DNA from: Moniliella sp. 'wahieum'
Taxonomy: Eukaryota
Direction: 5' to 3'
DNA length: 64,000 nt
NCBI GenBank assembly: GCA_003971905.1
Contig: RSEE01000110.1
Span: forward strand, 124,001-188,000
The notes beneath the pieces were generated by a model. That model was not told the origin of the DNA and ran no database searches. It worked only from the letters and a program-made list of their open reading frames with translations. Shown here in pieces: positions 9,449 to 22,878 of the stretch; the first letter of the stretch is position 1, and each line of letters starts with the position of its first letter. Both the position numbers and the translations under genes were made by a program.

Positions 9449-11290
9449 TCAAGCTTCCGCTCCAGCAGATTGAGCTTTTCGACGAGGAATGCCAGTGGCC
9501 TTTCCTTCGTGGACTTGCTGTGCGAACGCCAGTCGGCCGAGACGGACCCTGCGAGCGGTGGCGAACCAAGAGCCTGTGAGCGAAAGGGCCCACCATGCCA
9601 TGGCAACGGGGATGCTATACTTGAGTGTGTTCGTCAAGCCTCCATCAGAGAGCACACACATCTCGAGATTGAAAGTGTGGTAGCTGGGCCAGAAGTAGAT
9701 CGTGCGGTAAAAGTGGTGTGCTGCGTGAGGGAAAGAGAAAAAAGTCGGTGGAAATGGGTCAGTAGTTACTCCAAGATAACGATACTGGGTGTTGTAGCGC
9801 ATGATCTGATGCCGGGCAGGCTCTGGATCTAATGTGGTCTCGATTCCAAAGAAGGAAGGAATGGGGGGGGGACGTACTGAGTTCGGGGGCCGCTAAAGTC
9901 GATGTCACGTTAGACAAGGTCCACGTGACCACGACGAGGGGAAGAATGGGGAGGGGGACGTAGGTAGTAATCACGTCCATTACCCCAAATTGGATTGCGT
10001 TGTTAACCCAGATAATGGGCCAGAGAGAAAAGAAGGTGCGAGCGACGGGAATATCGTACTGTGGGCCTTTGAAGACCAACACAAACCCGGTGCCGCAGAG
10101 GGAGGTGAGCAAGGGCCAGACGAGGCCCAAATGCCAACGAGCAACATGGAGTCTAGCACTGGGCATGGACGCCCACAAGTTGTAACCATTGGACATGGCG
10201 TTAAAGCCCATCATGAAGAAGAAACTCATCAGAATGTTCAAGACGACGGCCACTGTTCCGAGTAAAGGTGCATTGTACGGGAGTTGACTGCGGCCGTCGG
10301 CATATTGAGGGGTTCCGACAGCAGCAACCGCGGCCGCTGAGCGAGCTGTGGCACTTGTGCTTAGCACACTTGATGAGACGTTGGCTAAGGCTGGCGCAAC
10401 CACATTGGTACCAAGGGACACCTGGAAAGCTGAGAGCAACTGGTTGCCACTGATGAGCAAGTTGCTCATGTAAAATACATACTTGCGAATGGGCAAAACC
10501 AAGGTGTGAGCTGTGGCAGAGGGATTGTAGGCAGTGGCCGTGCCATTTATCGCTGCCATCCAGCGCTCGGTGGCACCTGATTCGATGTATACTGCGCTCC
10601 AGTATTTTCCCTTCCACACGTCATGGGCGAGCTGGTGTGGGGACGTTTCGTTCGCCGAGTGAATGGTGTAGGTGGGATAGCCGTGGGTGGCATTGAGCTT
10701 AGCTGCGGTGGCCACCAAAGCTTGGCCAAATGCACCCCCATCAAAGTCGACAACGGGTACTTGGACGCGTCGAGTGAAGTAAGGCTCGTGGTAAAAGGAG
10801 CCAAAGAGGTAACAGACGTCGATCCAGAACACCGCCATAATCATAGCGGCCATGATGCATAACTGGAAAAGGAATTTGGGGGCAGGCACTGGGGCACGAA
10901 TAGTTTTGGCAAGGTGTTCGATTGTGGATATGCGTTTTGGTTTTGAGTGAGCCTCAGCGTGTTTACCACTGCCCTCCTCCGTGTTCTCGCCGCCAGAAGT
11001 ACCCTCAGTATTCCCATTGGTCTCCTCAGCTTTGATGCCGTGATCGCCATTCTCAGTAGGCGACCTTACGGAAGTACTATCTGGAGACCTGACCTGATTG
11101 AAATACTCGGTCCCCCCAGGCCTTCTGGGCGTGCGTGAGGCGGGCGAGATCTCTGGGGTTCCGGAGATCTCATCGACCTCATTGACCTCATCGACCTCAT
11201 CCCCTTGATGGAGCTGCGGGGGCACAACGATGTTGTTAGTATCGTGGCTCAGTGTCGACCACAAACTGTTGTTGCGCTGTTGGGGGGCAT
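9449..11290 (-). CDS. SNG1-like / DUF3533 membrane protein
   Basis: YLFGSFY..., VVDFDGG, VWKGKYWSAVYI motifs followed by multiple TMs; one intron near 9715-9876; start inferred across a frameshift. Confidence 0.8.
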
Positions 11291-12283
11291 AATGGGGGCG
11301 AGATGGTGACGGATGGTTGTGTGGAAGTCAAGTTTCAAGGGAGCGGCGGCAGGATGTTCGCACACCGAGTCTTGAAGGCCACCTGGGCTTGCCTGTCTGA
11401 ATCTGCATCTGACATTCTGACCATCGATCCTCGGCCTCATCGGCACCCAGTCTAAGGTCAGCCGGTCACCGGTCACCCGTCAGGCCTGGGCGCCCTGCGC
11501 CTGAACCGCTGAGCCTCAGCCATGATGCATGATGCATCAGTACATGCATCAGTGATCGTTTCCCCGCCGTCGATATCACACGTCACATGTCACACAAATG
11601 GCACATGCCACACACCGTTGTCCCACCACAGCTGCCTTCTTCGAGCTTCAACAGTGCGAGGCCGCCCTGTTTCGCCTCTGTTCTGCCCCCTTCCTGTTGC
11701 GCCTTCGGGCTGCCTTCCCCTTGATTGCATCCACACCACGTCGCTCCTGCCTTGCTCGCCTCCCACAATTGTATGGGACTCTTTGCGCTCAGGCCGCCGG
11801 CTAGGGCCAGCGCTCACGCGGTCACAGCCTCAGGCCTTAGCGCTTAGTCTTCGAACCGAGCGCTGAACCAGGTTGAACTCAGCCAACTCAGCGCCTGCTC
11901 TGTGTGCTGAGGCGTTGAACTTAACGCTGAACTCAACGTTGAGTGTGTTGAATGTGCTGAACCCAACTGGACCATCGTCACCTAGTATTGTAGGGCGGAA
12001 AATAGCACACTCCGTATGAAGGTCGGACGCAGACAGCGCTGTCAGAGTTACATATATGCAACCTCCGGACCGGAAAATATCTCCCTACTGTGGCCTATAC
12101 TACTTCGATCTTTACCGTATATTTGCCCGGTGACACGTGGTTGTACTATCCAAAAAAGGCCTCTCCTTGTTTTGGCAACGTCGGCAACTACCCCTATTAT
12201 ACTTGGCAACGGTTCTATGCTCATACCCTTGCTTCTTCATTTGTACTGGTGAACCCACGATTTCAGAAGGTTAAATGAATACC

Positions 12284-13250
12284 TTACTTGGCTGCGGCGA
12301 CGGCTGCTTGGCTCACTGTTTCGAAAGTGGCGGTCGGTGTGAACCCGAGCAGCTTGTTGTCGACCTTGTCCGTGGCGGTGTGGGCACGACCGTCAGCCTG
12401 GGCCGCCTTGAGGAAAGCAGCAAAGCCAGCCGGATCAGGCTGCTGCTCAATCGCCTTGACCTCCGCTTCAGGTTTGTAGGTAACATCAAACTTGGACCCG
12501 GTCAGCTTCTCCAGCTGCGCAATCCATTGGTTCCACGAGGCAGTGATGCCAACGACATAGTAGCGTCCGGCCCCCGGTTGCGGCAGCGGCGCCAGCGTAG
12601 CCAATACGGCAGCCCGGCCAATGTCCACTAGAGCAGTCGCGTCAAAAGGTTGGTTTCCGTCACCGTAGATGGTCGCCTTGCGGTTCTTGACGTCGATGTC
12701 GAAGAAGGGGGTGAGGGCCCAGTCGGAAAACAGGCCATTGGCCTGCGAAATCCAAGGTACTCCCAACTGAAGTGGAATGTCAGCATACGAGATTCAAACG
12801 AGAGGGAAGGGAATAAAAAGGAGGAGAGGAGCGTACCTCGTTCAAAGTGGTGTGGAAGGCCTTGCGGTCCGCAAGCCAAGGGTGGAGCTGAGCTGGGGAG
12901 AGGTACCGGAAGTCGAGGCCAAACTCAGCCGAGACAAAGAGCTTGAGGCCAGCCGCCTTAGCCGCCTTGGCAATCGGCAGCTGGGTGGAACCGTTGGCAC
13001 CACCAGTGGCAGCAATCAGAGCCTCGATGTTGTGGCTCTTCAGAGCCTCGGCCACTGCGGCTTCGTCGTCGTAGGAAGGGATCTTGACGAGCGTGACCTT
13101 GTCCGCATACGGTTGGACGGTTGGTCCAGAGGGGTTGCGAGTGAGCACGATAGGCTTGGCCAGACCGGGCGTAGCAAGCAGGGCGTTCAGCACGGGCGTG
13201 CCCACGTGGCCCACGCCAGCGAGAGCAATGCGAGTGATTCCGTTGGTCAT
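12284..13250 (-). CDS. NmrA-like / isoflavone-reductase-like NAD(P)-binding protein
   Basis: IALAGVGHVGTPVL Rossmann motif, LFVSAEFG, GDGNQPF..DIG; intron of roughly 12768-12836. Confidence 0.85.
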
Positions 13251-14515
13251 ATTGGTGAAGTGGTACTACGGATATGTGAAGATGTGGTGGTGGGAGGAGG
13301 AAGGGAGGGAAGGAGAGAAGGGGGATAAGGCTATAGCATCTTAAGGTGCAACAACTACAGCGTGTTTTTTGAATTCCGATTCCGGGCGACAGCACGTCAA
13401 CCAGTGGCGTGATGGCCCGTGCGGGCGCATGATAATCTAAGGGTGACCGGGTACGGGGCCAGCTATTTTTGGAGCAGTTACATCAGGCTTGCATCAAGCG
13501 TTGGCGACATGCTGTACTTGACAGCCTACTAATGGGCTCTGAGGAGAGGGGTGCGCGCGTGTATCAGCAACCCGCCCTCCGAGAATCCCATGGGATAGAA
13601 TAGGGACGGATTCGATCGTCGAGACACGCGGCAGATGCTTTGGTTGTATAAGTGCACAAGTTTGGAGCCGCGGGGCGACGATGAGGCTCAGATATTCAGC
13701 CCTCAGCCTCACTGGCTGAATCGTAGCGCAGGATCTAGCATGCGGCCTGTGTGTGCCCCAGTGTAAGGTGGGCTCACATATGTCACACCGACACCATTTG
13801 ACGAAGAGGTCGGATCGATTGGCTGAAGCTTTGAAGCTTGGAGCTTGAAGCTTGAAGATAGCGTGCTTCGGGGGACATATATCGCACCTCGAGTGCGACG
13901 TCAGCTTTGACGTGGCTGGCGTTACGCACCCAGCGCCTTTGTCTTCAGCGGGCCTATGAGGCGCAGTAAAAGCAATGCGGCCCGGCGGTTAGGTTCTGTC
14001 GAACCTTTCCCAAGACCCAATAACCTGATAGGTGGGCGGGACGAGGCACTTGCGAGCGCACATGGCTGTCACACTGCTGCCGTGCGGCTGGTTTCAGACA
14101 GGTGTCAGACCTAACTCCGACCCTGCACCCTTTTATTAATAGTGTTTGCTGGTTACCGGCTACTGGCCGGATACTAGTTAGTAGTTACCGTTACCACAGG
14201 CCACCGGAGGTAATCGGTAGCCGGTAAGGCTAGTAACCGGTAACCGACAACCATCGGCAACTCGGCTGCTTCAACCCCTCCTTCCTACAGAATGCGCATG
14301 CGCCGCCACTGGCCTAACCTGGGGCTTTACCTAGGCCTTACATCCGTGGATGTTGGAGTTGAGCCAGGCCAATGCAAGCGTCTGTCTTTTGTCCACAAAA
14401 CTGAAGCTTCAAGCTTCACGCAGCATACGGCATTATCTATGGACTGCTTCTCACATGGCTCAAGCCACACGTCACGCCATTAGGTCTCACACGATCTCAC
14501 CTAGCCCGCCATTCA

Positions 14516-17500
14516 TTATCTGTTTGGACCATCCCAAACACGTAGACAGAGCTTTTTAGTTAGGTCCGGGGCGAAGGGGAGGGAGCGCGTCCCATGCCCG
14601 CCACGGATGGTGGTGCACTGGGCTGCTCGCCGGGCCCTTGGGCCGGTTGTGCCAAGGGCGATGCTTTCGCTTGGTAGCGCAGTGGGAACGATCCAGGCGT
14701 CGACGGTGCCCGATGTACCGTGGCTATAGTCGGACTGGAAGGTCGAGCCACAGACACTGGCGGAGTGTCGGGCAGCTTGCTGTTGCCCTCTGGGCGGAGA
14801 GTGCTGCCAGGGCTCGCCTGTGAGCGACCAAGGGCGATTCGAGCCGTTGGCCCTGCGCTGCAGCGACCGCGAGGGCATCCAACGGGGAACCATCATCCTC
14901 GCCTCGCCCATTGGCCAACTGTGGTGGTAAGGGCGGCACTGGATGTCCCCTGGGAACGGCTGTTCGTGACCCTGGCCCGGACGCGGTACTGGATGTGCCA
15001 CTGGAAGGGGATGCCTCTGACCCTGTCCTTGGCCCTGATCCTGACCCTGACCCTGGCCCGGAGAGGCAGGCGTGCCAGGATAACCGATTGGCGGTGCATG
15101 CACTCCATTCGCCCTAGGGGGGAAACCCGGTGGACCTGGTGCGAAACCCTGTGGGACCCCGGCTGCCGGAGGGCGTCCCCAGGGAAGAATGGCGGTGGGA
15201 AAGGGTAGGGTGGAGCAAAGTTGGATCCCTGAGGCAGAGGGGGTGGGGGTGGGAGACGGGGGGAGCAAATCCAGCTGCTTGCGAAGGAGTATGCGTGTAA
15301 GGCGCTGGGGTGACGGCGGTAGGCGTGCTCGCTGGACGAGTAGAGGGAGGAACCGAAGCAGGAGGAACCGAAGCAGAGGAACCGAAGCGGGAGGAACCGA
15401 ACGGGAGGAATCGAAGAAACAGGAGCTGAGACGGGTGGAGACGAGACCCCCTCCGTGCCTAGGGCTAAGGTGAGGGACTTGCGAGACGCTCTGCGTTCTC
15501 TGGCCCTGGCTCGTTGGTCTTCAAGCTTGCGCTGGCGCTCGTCGCTTGGACGTTCGATCGGCTGACCATCGGCACCGAGGATCGGAGAGGACGGTGCTGA
15601 GTGCATGGAATATCGTCTTGGGATCGGTCCATTTGGGAGCTTGGGCACCATGCCGATTAACAAACTTGGACCAGCACTGGGTATGTTGCCATACCCACAC
15701 GTTTCGCAAGCGACAGTCCTTCCCTTGGCTAAAAGATTGTGCCCATGGATTCCACAGACCTCACAGGCAAACTCCCAGTCTTGAGGGGCAGAAACTTTGG
15801 CCTTCTTGTGTGCCGGAGGCGGAGGGAGGGAAGATGGCGTGGCCGGTAGCGACGTAGCTTCAGCATGAGGGGTAGATGGTCCCCCTGATGAGGCACGTGC
15901 CTCGTCCCGCTTACGCTTGCGCTCTTCCCGAACCCTCTCACGTTCCACTCGGTCCATCTCCTGCTTTTCACGACGAGCCTGCTGTTCCTCAATCCGGGCT
16001 CGCAACCGATCTTCCCGTGCATGGCTTTGTTCAGCTTATCCCGCTCGGCACGCTCCGTTCCTCTTTTGCCCGTTGAGCAGCCAAGATGCGTGCTTCGGGC
16101 TTCGGCTTGTGCTGCTGCCTCCGCCTCGGCACGATGCTGTTCCTCTTCTCGGCAACGAGGCGAGAAGACCGTTTGCGCGACGCCAACGCTAATTCCATCG
16201 CCGCTGCTTTGGCCTGGGCATCAGGTCGGCCAGAATGCGGTCTAGAACGTCAGAGGCAAGATGGGCATGGAGCGAGCGCGCCTCGTCCGGGTCTTGGACC
16301 ATCCCCCGGCCTGCCCCTTTCTGTGTGGCTTTGCCTTTTCCGGTGGACGAAGGGCAGCAAACGCCTCCCATTGCGCACGGTCACACACACCACTTCCATC
16401 TCAACTGAACGCGGAGAGCCTTCGGCATCCACCTCTCCGGGCAGTCCGGCCTCGAGTGCAGCTGCATCTCGTTCCACTTGCTCATCCCACTGGGCCACCT
16501 TTTGTTCCAATTGGGCTTGGGCAGCCTCAGCTTCGCGACGCTGGGCCTCCGCTTTCTCCTGGGCCAGTTGCTCTGCCGTTTTCGGTTCCTTATCCACTGG
16601 GAGCTCGCCGTTGAGTGCACCATTGCCTCGGAACCCTTCGGCTCCTGCGGTTCGGTTCCGGGCTGGCCCACATCGTCAATTCGCATCTTTTCATCCTGGT
16701 CGAGATGTCTGTACGCTGCTCGTGTGGCGCACCATTTTGTTGGGTCGGCTGTGCCTGCTCACTCTCGGAGGCTTCGCCTTCCCTCTTGTCCTCAGTCAGC
16801 TCGGACCTGGGAGCATCCTGATCCTGAGCGTGGTGACCATCTGAGAAGAAGCCTCTTGTTTGTCCTCTTGTTTGTCCTCAGTTGGGAGGGCTCCGGGTCT
16901 TCCTCCTCTTTGGCAGGGGCCGGGTTTTCATCAGCTGGACATTCTCCTGCAAAGCGTCTGGTCGACACTCGTGTCGTTCAACCATTCCTCAGGAGGGTCT
17001 TCCCACTCCTCTTCTCCGAGTTAGCCCTGCGCCGGCCTCTCCGGCTGCGAGGTGAAGGGTGCGAGCGAGACTTGGCGGCTTGGGCACGCAGCTCTCGTGC
17101 CGACAATTTGGGTGCCTCCTGCTCCTCCTGCTCTCCCCGTTTTCTTCCAGATAAGTGGAATTGCGAGTCGATCGACGGCCCTTGGCGCGTCCGTTGGCTT
17201 GGGGCTTGGGTTTGCCCTTGGCGCGCGGTGGGGGGGGGTTGGCTCGGGGCTGGGCTCGGGGGGTGGGGAGGAAGCGTCCGAAACAGGGGGTGGGGGGTAC
17301 TGCACCCAGAGACGGTTATCATCAAAGAGCCAGTACGTGTTGGCATGGCGGTCCCACCCGATTGGCTCGATTCGGCCCCACTGGACCAGATCCTCGTCCG
17401 AGCCCAGCAGTTTACGAAATCGTTCAGGTTGGTGCATAAACCATTCCGTCACATCGTGCACCACGCCTACTTTGAGTGTCATCGCAAGGGAAGACCACGC

Positions 17501-17915
17501 GCGCGGGTGAGCGTCGGAGCCGAGCCAGGCGGTGCGCTCCGGTGCGCGGAGGGCATACTCTTTGCGCAGGATGGAGAGCCAAGTAGCCTGCGAGACTGGG
17601 CGGAGGGTGAGGGCGCGCAGGAGCCTGAGCAGCACATCGGCGGCGTATGTGCCGTCATGAAGGGCGAGGTCTTGTTCGAGCGTGTGGGTGGAGAACTTGG
17701 GGAGGGCAAGGGCGTCCTGGAGGGTCCAGAGGAACTGGCAGACGGCGGCAAAGCGCCAGTCGCGTCGCAGGCGGGCGATGGGGAGCGGGACGCTGGGCGC
17801 GACGGCGAGGGCGGCGGCGAGCGGGTCGGAGGCCGGGGGGGAGCGGGGCGGATGGCGGTGGCGGCGGGGGGGGGTCGCGGGCGGCAGACACGCGGCCCGA
17901 GCGACGGCGGCTCAT
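14516..17915 (-). CDS. DDT/WHIM/WSD plus PHD-finger chromatin protein (ISWI-accessory-like)
   Basis: LRRDWRFAAVCQFL (DDT-like), RIEPIGWDRHANTYWLFDDNRLW (WSD), WEFACEVCG...VACETC..WQHTQC (PHD); many frameshifts; 3' end uncertain. Confidence 0.75.
15346..15417. repeat. About 15-bp tandem repeat x5 (GGAGGAACCGAAGCA), coding ASVPP-like units
   Basis: Degenerate tandem copies inside the Pro-rich tail of the PHD gene. Confidence 0.8.
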
Positions 17916-18176
17916 CGGGCGAGGCAGCGGCTATGGCTGCGATTGGCGGGTGGGAGCGGAGGCTGGCACTCCCCGTGCATGGCGCCCAGCATGCGTGCTA
18001 GGGTTATGCTCTCCGCTTCCGCCCTCCTCTGTTCCGCCGCGCTGTCCCAAGGCACCCCGCCTGCTTTTGCAATTTCATGCCTGCTGCCTGGAAACTTCTA
18101 GCGGCCGCATGCCCACAGCGCCCAATCCCCAGGCCCCAGTACCCCCCGTTGAGCCACCACCACCACCGCAACCGCC

Positions 18177-18910
18177 ATGTCGGCTGCCCCCTTCCGCGCC
18201 ACCGCGCCCGTGCTCGGCGCGCTGCGTCTGCCCATCTACTCCAAGTCAGGAAACAAGAACTTCTACAAGGGTACGGGCGCCAAGAATGTGCTGCTGCGCC
18301 AACGTATCACGCGCACCACCCGCCGCGGCAAGGTGCTGCTTGACAAGAAGGGCTTCCCCGACGAGTGGACATGGAAGATGGCCCAGATCGACGAGTCCCG
18401 TACCACTGCTTTTGTTGTCCCCCTGGCCTGGGCGAGTGCAAGGTACGCAGCCTTCTTGCTCGCCCGCACTGTCGGCCGCCTCAGCTGACTTTTCTGCTTA
18501 CTTGCTTGTCTGCGTGTGCCCGCCTGTCTACCTGTCTGTCTGTATCTCCTCTGTCCCAGCTTCGTCCCTTTGTCTTCACAGGCACAGCAAAGGAGGGTGG
18601 TCTGCCTCAACGCTCTCAGACGGGCTACCTGGACTCGACGTGGGCCTACCCCGAGCACAAGGCCGAGGATGCAACGGATGTCAGTCACCCACGCTTGGTT
18701 GAGCTGGACGGCGTGCCAGCGTTCGAGGGAGGGCGGTTCAACCCTCGCTTCTATTCTGTGCTGGGAGAGACGATCCGGGAGCGACGTGCGGACCGCGCCA
18801 CGGCTCATCCTCCAAGTCGGACGGGTCCGAGCCAAATGCTCAGGGCGGCATGCTCAGTCGCTTTGGTTTGGGACGCAAGTAATCATTTCGTATTTGACTA
18901 TGCAACCTGA
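18177..18910 (+). CDS. MRPL27: Mitochondrial ribosomal protein mL41
   Basis: SKSGNKNFYKGTG motif; FVVPPGL..K, intron 18443-18559, then LRPFV. Confidence 0.85.
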
Positions 18911-19081
18911 GCTATGGGGGACGGGAAGCAAAGTAGCAGGGCACACGCCCGGTGCCTTGTGATTCAGTAGGGGGCCTTCGTAGTTGCTCGGATCGAGCCG
19001 AGACGTTAAATGAGCGTCCATCAGTGTAAGGCGAGAAGAGACAGAGGCCGGGAAGAAAGAGGGGGGTAAATGCCATATACG

Positions 19082-19874
19082 TTACTCGCCAGTGGAGATA
19101 CCAACAATGCTCAGCGCCCGCATTTCGTTCAACACGCCCTCTACCTGTTCGTCCAATACACCGCCAGCATAGTCTTCGCGCACCCGCTCGTCAAAGTACC
19201 TCTGTACGCCACCCAGCTTTTCGTAGCCCATTTCCGACACCTTGGCTTGTACGCGCACCATGGCTTCGAACGAGGGGTCAGATAAGGGACCCGGAGCCCA
19301 CGCAGCTGGGGAAGTTCTTCCTTCAGTTGCTGATCGATCGTCTCAAACAAGAGCTTGGTGTCTTCCATCTCCTTCTCTGCACGAGGCAGCTTGGTTGGGT
19401 CCTCGTGGTTCTTGTCCAGCACCTTCTTGTACCGCGAACGAGCGGCATCGTATCAAGCAACTTCTTATTGCGCTTTTCGATGTTCTTGTTGATCTCAGGG
19501 AAGTAGGATGCCATCTTGCCGATCGGGTCGAGCACGGTGGCGCGGAAAGTAGCGTCAATGTCCTGAGCCAGTTCCGAATCGTACTCATCAGCCGCGCGGC
19601 GGTAGGCGTTGGCGGCGACGGAGGACTCGTTTGTGTCGTTAAAGAAGAGCTCAACTCCATCTGCAATGCGGGATTGGGCAGCGGCCATACCACGAACTGC
19701 ATCGAGGTAAGTCTTGGCTTCCCGCTGGAGCTGCTGGATCTGTTTCTCCATGCCCTTATTAACCGAGATGAACTCGTCAAACTCGGGGTCATCGGTGCGC
19801 TCGATCTGCCCGGTCTTTTGCATGACCGTGGTGCCGGCGCGGTTGATCGCCTTCTGGAAGCCCTTCCAGGACAT
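19082..19874 (-). CDS. RVS161: BAR-domain amphiphysin Rvs161/Hob3
   Basis: MSWKGFQKAINRAGTTVMQKTG...KRNKKLLDYD...LKEELPQL...LSIVG. Confidence 0.95.
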
Positions 19875-20311
19875 GATGGGCGGATGGGAGTGCGCAGGAG
19901 GAGGTGGGGGGTGGGGGAGAGATGTGGGTTGGCAGCTACGCGAGCAATGCCACGCCCACGGCAAGCGCAGGGCAACCAACCGCATCGCAGCACCAGCATG
20001 GCGCCAGTCTCACCCGCCTTGGCTCCTCCTGGGCGGCGGAATATCATATGGCCCAACCCCCAAGAGCGCGGAATTGGCTACTGATACAAGGGTCTCACGT
20101 CCGAGGTACATTAATTAACAGCGGTCTCCCAGCACCACCACCAAGCACATTCTCAGCCATGCATCCATATCCATACGTGAGTAGCAAACATTGGGTTGAG
20201 CAAGGGGATAGACTGGACTGGATTCGAAATAGTGGGACGAGACTGGCCTGGATCAGACGAGGCGAGAGCAGACCAAACCGGCCAAACTAGGCAGCTTCCG
20301 GTTGGGCGTTC

Positions 20312-22878
20312 TTAGTCGGCAAACGCCCAGATGGTGCCCACGACCGCGGCGACTGCCGACACAGCGAGAATGAAGAGATCGAGCATGATGGCACCATAGC
20401 TCATCTCGTGTCTAAACAGCTTGAGCTTAGCCAAAAGGGTCCGAGCACACAGGTAGTGATGACCAAGAACGAGCCGAGGAAGGCCATCACCTTCTCAAAC
20501 CCAGGCAACGCAATGGCCGTGAGGGTAATTAGGACCGACACGCCCACCTGCACACCAATCCGGACCAAGCGGGAGGTACGGTCCTCTTCCGCTGGCGCGT
20601 GGCTGGCGCCAGCACCATCGGCAACGCAGATGCTTCGCCACTGGGACCCAAGCCGAGCGAATCGAGGGTGGGGGCAGTACCGAGCGAGGTGGGGCGCTTA
20701 GCGTTAGGATCTGCTGTTCCATTCGGCGCAGCGACCGAACGGCGGAAGGAAGTGGTGGAGGTGCGTGTGAATTTGCGCGACATACGACGGTTGTCGCCCA
20801 TGGCTCCGTACCCTTCTTCTTCTACTGCGAGAGAAGGGCGGTGAGAGGCGCGTCGGTGTGGGTGGTGAGGCGGATGCGAGGGCGTGCATGTGGGGCCGCA
20901 GGCTCTTCCACCCCCAGAGCTGACTCGAAGGTGTTGATTACCGGCCGCGCAGCGAGGGCAAACTTGGAAAGCGGGTTGATCACAATCAGCCAGACTGCCA
21001 CCTGATTGAGTGTGGGCGGGAACCCAGGGGTGCGAGCCAAGTCCTTGGTGATTTCATCCGAGACGTTCGTACCAAACATGGCGTACCCCGCGGCCCCCAT
21101 GGAAAGGTACAGCACAGTCGCAGCGAGGTAAGCGCGGTCAAGCATCTTGGGGAACTGAATCGGCTCCCGCATGTCCCGTGCCAAACTGGGGATGACTGGG
21201 TGCGAGCTGAAACCAGACATGATCAGGCCAAACGCCAAGGGTACGCGGGCCCAGTCGGGACGAACAGTGCCTGAAGGATCCCATTCCCAAAGACTGCCAG
21301 GCGCCGAAGGCTTAATCACCCCGTCGACCAGCACCACAGCGACGAGCGTCAATGCCGACAGAATTCCGACGACACTCACAGGGCTCAAGAGTTTGAGCGG
21401 GAGGAAGATGGTGGGGAGAACGAAGGCGAGGCAGACGATCTTGTATGCATCCGCGCTAGGACCAGTGGGGAAGATGGCGTGCAAACTGTCGGCAAAAAGG
21501 ATAACCAAAGCCACGCACACTGCCCATAGTTCCAGGCAGAAGAGGGTGCTAACCCACGCGCGCACGGGACCAAATGCGTACGAGCCAATATCAGCGTACG
21601 TCTTGAGTCGGCCATTGCGGGCCAGAATGTGAAAGAGAACCTTGCCAGTATAGTTGGTCAGACCGCCACAGATCAGAAAGAGCAGTGGGCCCCCAATCCA
21701 GCCAGCATAACTAAATGCCAATGGCGTCGCCAGAATGCCAACGCCCATCACGGCATTGAGGGTGTTGAACCAAGATTGGAGGAAAGTGCTCGTACCAGCA
21801 GGATAAGCCACCCCTGGAGCTGCATGGGGGTGGATCAGAGTGCTACGCCTGCGAGCTGCGATTCCCAGCCCAGACGAACGACGCTTAGCCCCATCCAAAA
21901 GGGCGGCCTGCTCCCCACTGGCCATCGGGCTACGCGGACCCAGCTTGGGATCACCATTCTCGAGGTCAGTCGAACTGAGAGGGCGAGGACGCGGGTGGGA
22001 GCGGCGGGTACGAGAGGTGCTGCTGGATTGAGAGCGGGATTGACGGGTGCCGAGGAGGTGTCTGCCGGAAACAGTTGAGCCAGCTGTACTGGGCCGACGA
22101 CCGCTCGAGCCCAAAGTAGCAGGAGGCTGCAGCAGTCCAACCTCCTTGTCCATGTCGGACCGGCTTCGACGCCGGCCGCGCTCACGCCCCTCGTCTTGGG
22201 ATGTGCCATCGTCGTCGGCGAGTTTGCGCAGCTTATCATTACGTGCCTGCAGCGCGCACGCGAAAGATTGCTCAGGCCCTGGTTGGCCTGGTTCAAACCA
22301 AGACCATCGTTCAAGTGCGCCGCGTCCGCCTGTCCTCCCAGTGGAGCACGCGCATTCGAGGGAAGCTGTCCCCAACCCAGTGGTTGGGCGGCGATGGGCG
22401 AAGTTCCACGGTCGTGCCACCGGCCTCATTCTTCGCCGTGCTCGCTCTCGGACGGGGCAAGGCTATCGTCCACAGGGGCTTCAGACGCATCAGGGGTATA
22501 GCCGGTGGCATAATACTGTCCCGACCCCTCCTCCTCTTCCTCATCGCCGCTGTACTCTTCGTCCTCGTCTTCGTCATAATAGTCCTCGTCATCTTCGAAC
22601 GAGTCGGAGGCGTCAAAAGCCTGCTCCTCATCCGAGGCGCCAGGAATGTAGTGCTCGACAAAGGAAGGCGAAGTGCCAATGTTCTCGGCGTAGAATGCCT
22701 GGGAACGGGAGTAGGACCAAACAAGATCCAAGCTGCTCTTCCATGTTGGCTGCTGGTGGCCACGAGTCTCGCGATCGCGGCGGCCAGAGGAAGGGCCAGG
22801 GGCGGCGCCCCTACCGCTGGGCCCAGGAACGGGGCGCGGTGCTGGGATGGGCTTGCCACTGGACGCGGCAGCAGGCAT
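20312..22878 (-). CDS. AVT1: Vacuolar amino acid transporter (AAAP family)
   Basis: Acidic N-terminus with SYSRSQ; STFLQSWFNTLNAVMGVGILATPLAF; GFSSHPVIP; NPLSKFAL; many TM helices. Confidence 0.85.
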
